From Octopus vulgaris (lineage: Eukaryota), in NCBI GenBank assembly GCA_951406725.2, contig OX597840.1, forward strand, positions 5,518,001 through 5,582,000: DNA of 64,000 bases, in the 5' to 3' direction. The notes beneath the pieces were generated by a model that was not told the DNA's origin, ran no database searches, and saw nothing but the letters and a program-made list of their open reading frames with translations. How positions within the stretch are numbered: the first letter of the stretch is position 1; every line of letters starts with the position of its first letter. A program made the translations under genes and the position numbers. Shown in pieces: positions 61,043 through 64,000 of this stretch.

Positions 61043-61448
61043 CACAGGAGTGGCTGTGTGGTAAGTAGCTTGCTAACCAACCACATGGTTCTGGGTTCAG
61101 TCCCACTGCGTACCACCTTGGACAAGTGTCTTCTGCTATAGCCCTGGGCTGACCAATGCCTTGTGAGTGGATTTGGTAGACGGAAACTGAAAGAAGCCCG
61201 TCGTATATATGTATATATATATGTGTGTGTGTATGTGTTTGTGTGTCTGTGTTTGTCCCCCTAGCATTGCGTGACAACCGATGCTGGTGTGTTTTGTCCC
61301 CGTTACTTAGTGGTTTGGCAAAAGAGACCGATAGAATAAGTACTGGGCTTACAAAAGAATAAGTCCCGGGGTCGATTTGCTCGACTAAAGGCGGTGCCCC
61401 AGCATGGCCGCAGTCAAATGACTGAAACAAGTAAAAGAGTAAAAGAGT
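61043..61448 (+). mobile_element. SINE family A, full length
   Basis: Match to the family A consensus. Confidence 0.9.
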
Positions 61449-61916
61449 ATGTACACACACACACACACACACACATACCAGTGTGGCTGTGTGGTCAGAA
61501 ATTTGTTTCCTAACCAGATGGTTCTGGCTTCAGTCCCACTGCATGGCGCCATGGGCAAAAGTTATTACATCTCTTGAAAGAGCACCATTTACTGTTTCAA
61601 ACTGTGGATGGTACTCTGTCCATTTAAAAGGTTATGCAGTCGCTCTCCTTCTTCTCCAAGAAAGCCAATACTGCTTGGTGCCATAATCGACTTCCTGGAA
61701 GGCATCGTCCAGCTCTAAAATGATCTCACTAGCAGACTTGGCACATTCTAATGATTTTTTTTTCCTCATATCAGGGCATGAAGCCAATTTTCTTTGCAAT
61801 AGACATGAAGCTATTGGTCAGCTGAATTAATTATTTATTTATTGTCAAGACTTAAGTCCACCTCGAAATAGCACTGATCAAATTTATGACTGATGGTGGT
61901 AGTCATAAATATTTGT

Positions 61917-62146
61917 TTAACCCTTTAGTGTTCGCATTATTCTACGAAAATTAATGTCTTTTTTATCCACATTGTTTTGAACCAATCATGCATTATCTTG
62001 TAGCTATGAGATTTTGATGAGGTTGCTGTTAAATTTTGAAACGATATTGTAGGGTTGGTGTGAGAGACCAGATCTGGCCAGTTTGAAGATAAAACAGGCA
62101 GAATACTTTTGGCGGGATATGGCCGGTTTAAATGCTAAAGGGTTAA
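61917..62146. mobile_element. piggyBac-like MITE (related to 26521-26748, opposite orientation)
   Basis: TTAA-ccctttagtgtt ... aatgctaaaggg-TTAA. Confidence 0.8.
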
Positions 62147-62279
62147 TCCTAAGTCCTAAACACCTAGCCCCTTTTCAGCAGACCAGTGATTGAAGGCCAT
62201 TCAACCGAAATTTAACCATTTATTTTTCATTTTTTGAAACGTGATATCTTTGGCTACTTAATATAATGTGTCTGTGTAA

Positions 62280-62700
62280 GGAGCAATTAGGCAGACTGGA
62301 CAAAACATTTAATGGCATTTCATCTGTGTTACATTCTGAGTTCAAATTCTGCTGAGGTTGACTTTACCTTTCATTCTTTTGGGGTCAATAACATAAATGC
62401 CTGTCAAGCACAGAGGGTCAATGTAACCGACTACACCCCTCCCTAGTAATTTCAGATCTGTGCCTATAGTAGAAAGGATTATTAGCAGAATCATTAGCAC
62501 AGCTGGTAAAATGCTTAGCAGCCTTTCTCTCATCGCTACGTTCTGAGTTCAAATTCCGCCAAGGTTAATTTTGCCTTTCATCCTTTCGGGGTCACTAAAT
62601 TAAGTACCAGTGAAACACTCGGGTCAGTGTAATTGACTAGTCCCCTCCCATCAAATTCCAGGCCTTGTGCCTATATTACAAAGGATTATTATTATTATTA
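62280..62700 (+). mobile_element. Two tandem diverged SINE family E-like copies
   Basis: gagttcaaattc...cctttcatcctttcggggtc motifs, ending in (TTA)n. Confidence 0.75.
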
Positions 62701-62751
62701 CAGTACCGCCTGACCGGCCCTCATGCCAGTGGTGCATGAGAGCACCCACTG

Positions 62752-63478
62752 ATCATTCATCATTGTTCGACCGTGGTCGAGACAATGGAATTTACCATGC
62801 TACACCAGACTTCATGGTCCGTCATAGCATTACGGAGGTCCTGTTGCTGGATGCCTGTATCCCTGGAGATTACATCAGGGTAGGAGAGTGTGCACCCTCT
62901 GGCATTGCGAGTAGATGGCTTCCAGAGGAGAAGAGTAGAAATTGCCTCGTTTTCAGCTCTACAACAATGTCCAGCAAACTGGACTCTTCTACTTTTTACA
63001 AGAGATGACACAGGTGGTAGTTTCCCATATATTTGTACTTTGGTTGGATGACGCTTCCACAAGAGATTTTGAGCTCTCATAAGGAGGCGAGTGTAAGTTC
63101 CATCTAATCGCCTCTCAAGCTTCTTTGATAACATCCAGGTTTCTGAGCCATATCGTAGAATTGGTTTGACTGTGGCTTTGAAGATTTTAAGTTTGAAATC
63201 TCTACTTAGATTTGATGATCAGATCTTATGCATATCATTACAGGCTGACCAGGCCATACCCTTTCTAGTTAGAAAATCTTTTTCAGATGATGATATGTAT
63301 GACCCAAGATATTTGTAATCAGAAACCATATTTAAGGGCATATTGTTGAGAGTATGGATGATGAGATCACTGTTGGACAGGCATTTGTTTACATATTCAG
63401 TCTTGAACTCATCGAGGTAAAGACCTACACAATTTGAGGCTTGTTCGAGAGATTGTAAAAGAGACTGTGCATTAGAAA
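62752..63478 (-). mobile_element. RTE LINE 3' fragment (longest copy, includes YKYLG)
   Basis: Reverse complement of the 46868-47352 family extended upstream. Confidence 0.9.
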
Positions 63479-63599
63479 GGGCATCCGTCTGTAGAAACTC
63501 TGTCAGATCGGATTGGAACCTGGTGCAGCCATCTGGCTCGCTAGTCCTCAGTCAAATCATCCAACCCATGCTAGCATAGAAAGTGGACGTTAAACAAGT

Positions 63600-64000
63600 A
63601 TTATTATTATTATTATTATTGAGTGAGCGAGCAGAGCATGCCATCAAAGTGACACTGGGGTAAAATATACAAAGCCCAGTATACCCATCATGACTAACTG
63701 TCAGATAAGGATACACTAGGCACATGCATCACAACCATATGTGCGCAACATGGTGATCTCATATCAAAATAAACAGCGCATGACCTTGCAGATGGGGCCC
63801 GGTTAGAATTTTCTTCAGGTCGAGTAGCCTATACCGCTCAAATGGTCTCTGAATAAGGGTTGTTTAAGGATGTTGAATGAAACACCCATGTTTCCAGAGG
63901 TGAATTATTCAAACCCCAAAGAATCCCTCTCAACACATGGCTATGATGCTCCCCAACTATTTCTGCTCATGGTCAGAGATGCACATATCGTTGCCACTAA
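63600..64000 (-). mobile_element. Family C retroposon (runs off the window)
   Basis: (TTA)n then gagtgagcgagcagagcatgccatcaaagtgacac, the reverse complement of the family C 3' end. Confidence 0.85.

Noticed and set aside
54632-64000. Next IA-2 exon (S/AYMEDHL...)
   Set aside because: No matching peptide was found in the unique segments by eye; it presumably lies beyond the window.

Overview
Animal genomic DNA, very probably from an octopus (inferred from the SINE families and the extreme microsatellite load). Almost the whole window is intron of one + strand gene, an IA-2/phogrin (PTPRN/PTPRN2) receptor tyrosine pseudophosphatase. Two exons are recognisable: 1006-1136 (DLCRQKMQSK...SPSSRSSTSS, phase-2 end) and 54577-54631 (W|SEEPVSSNMDISTGHIVL). 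They are joined across a 53.4-kb GT-AG intron, and the next expected exon (S/AYMEDHL...) was not found in the window. The intron is filled with microsatellites, several tRNA-derived SINE families, fragments of RTE, R4/Dong, Tx1/L1-like and Penelope retroelements, hAT, piggyBac and Tc1-type MITEs, and local satellites. Nearly all ORFs in the track are repeat artefacts. The most interesting signal is a set of candidate alternative exons inside the giant intron: a frame-preserving 72-nt cassette at 12948-13019, and an ATG-initiated first exon at 53254-53321 inside a CpG-retaining island. A third, weaker candidate ends at 41813. All three end in AT before a GT donor, so splicing to the G that starts the conserved exon gives ATG-AGC-GAG (M-S-E-E-P). 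This suggests internally initiated IA-2 isoforms lacking the transmembrane domain. None of this is verified by expression data.
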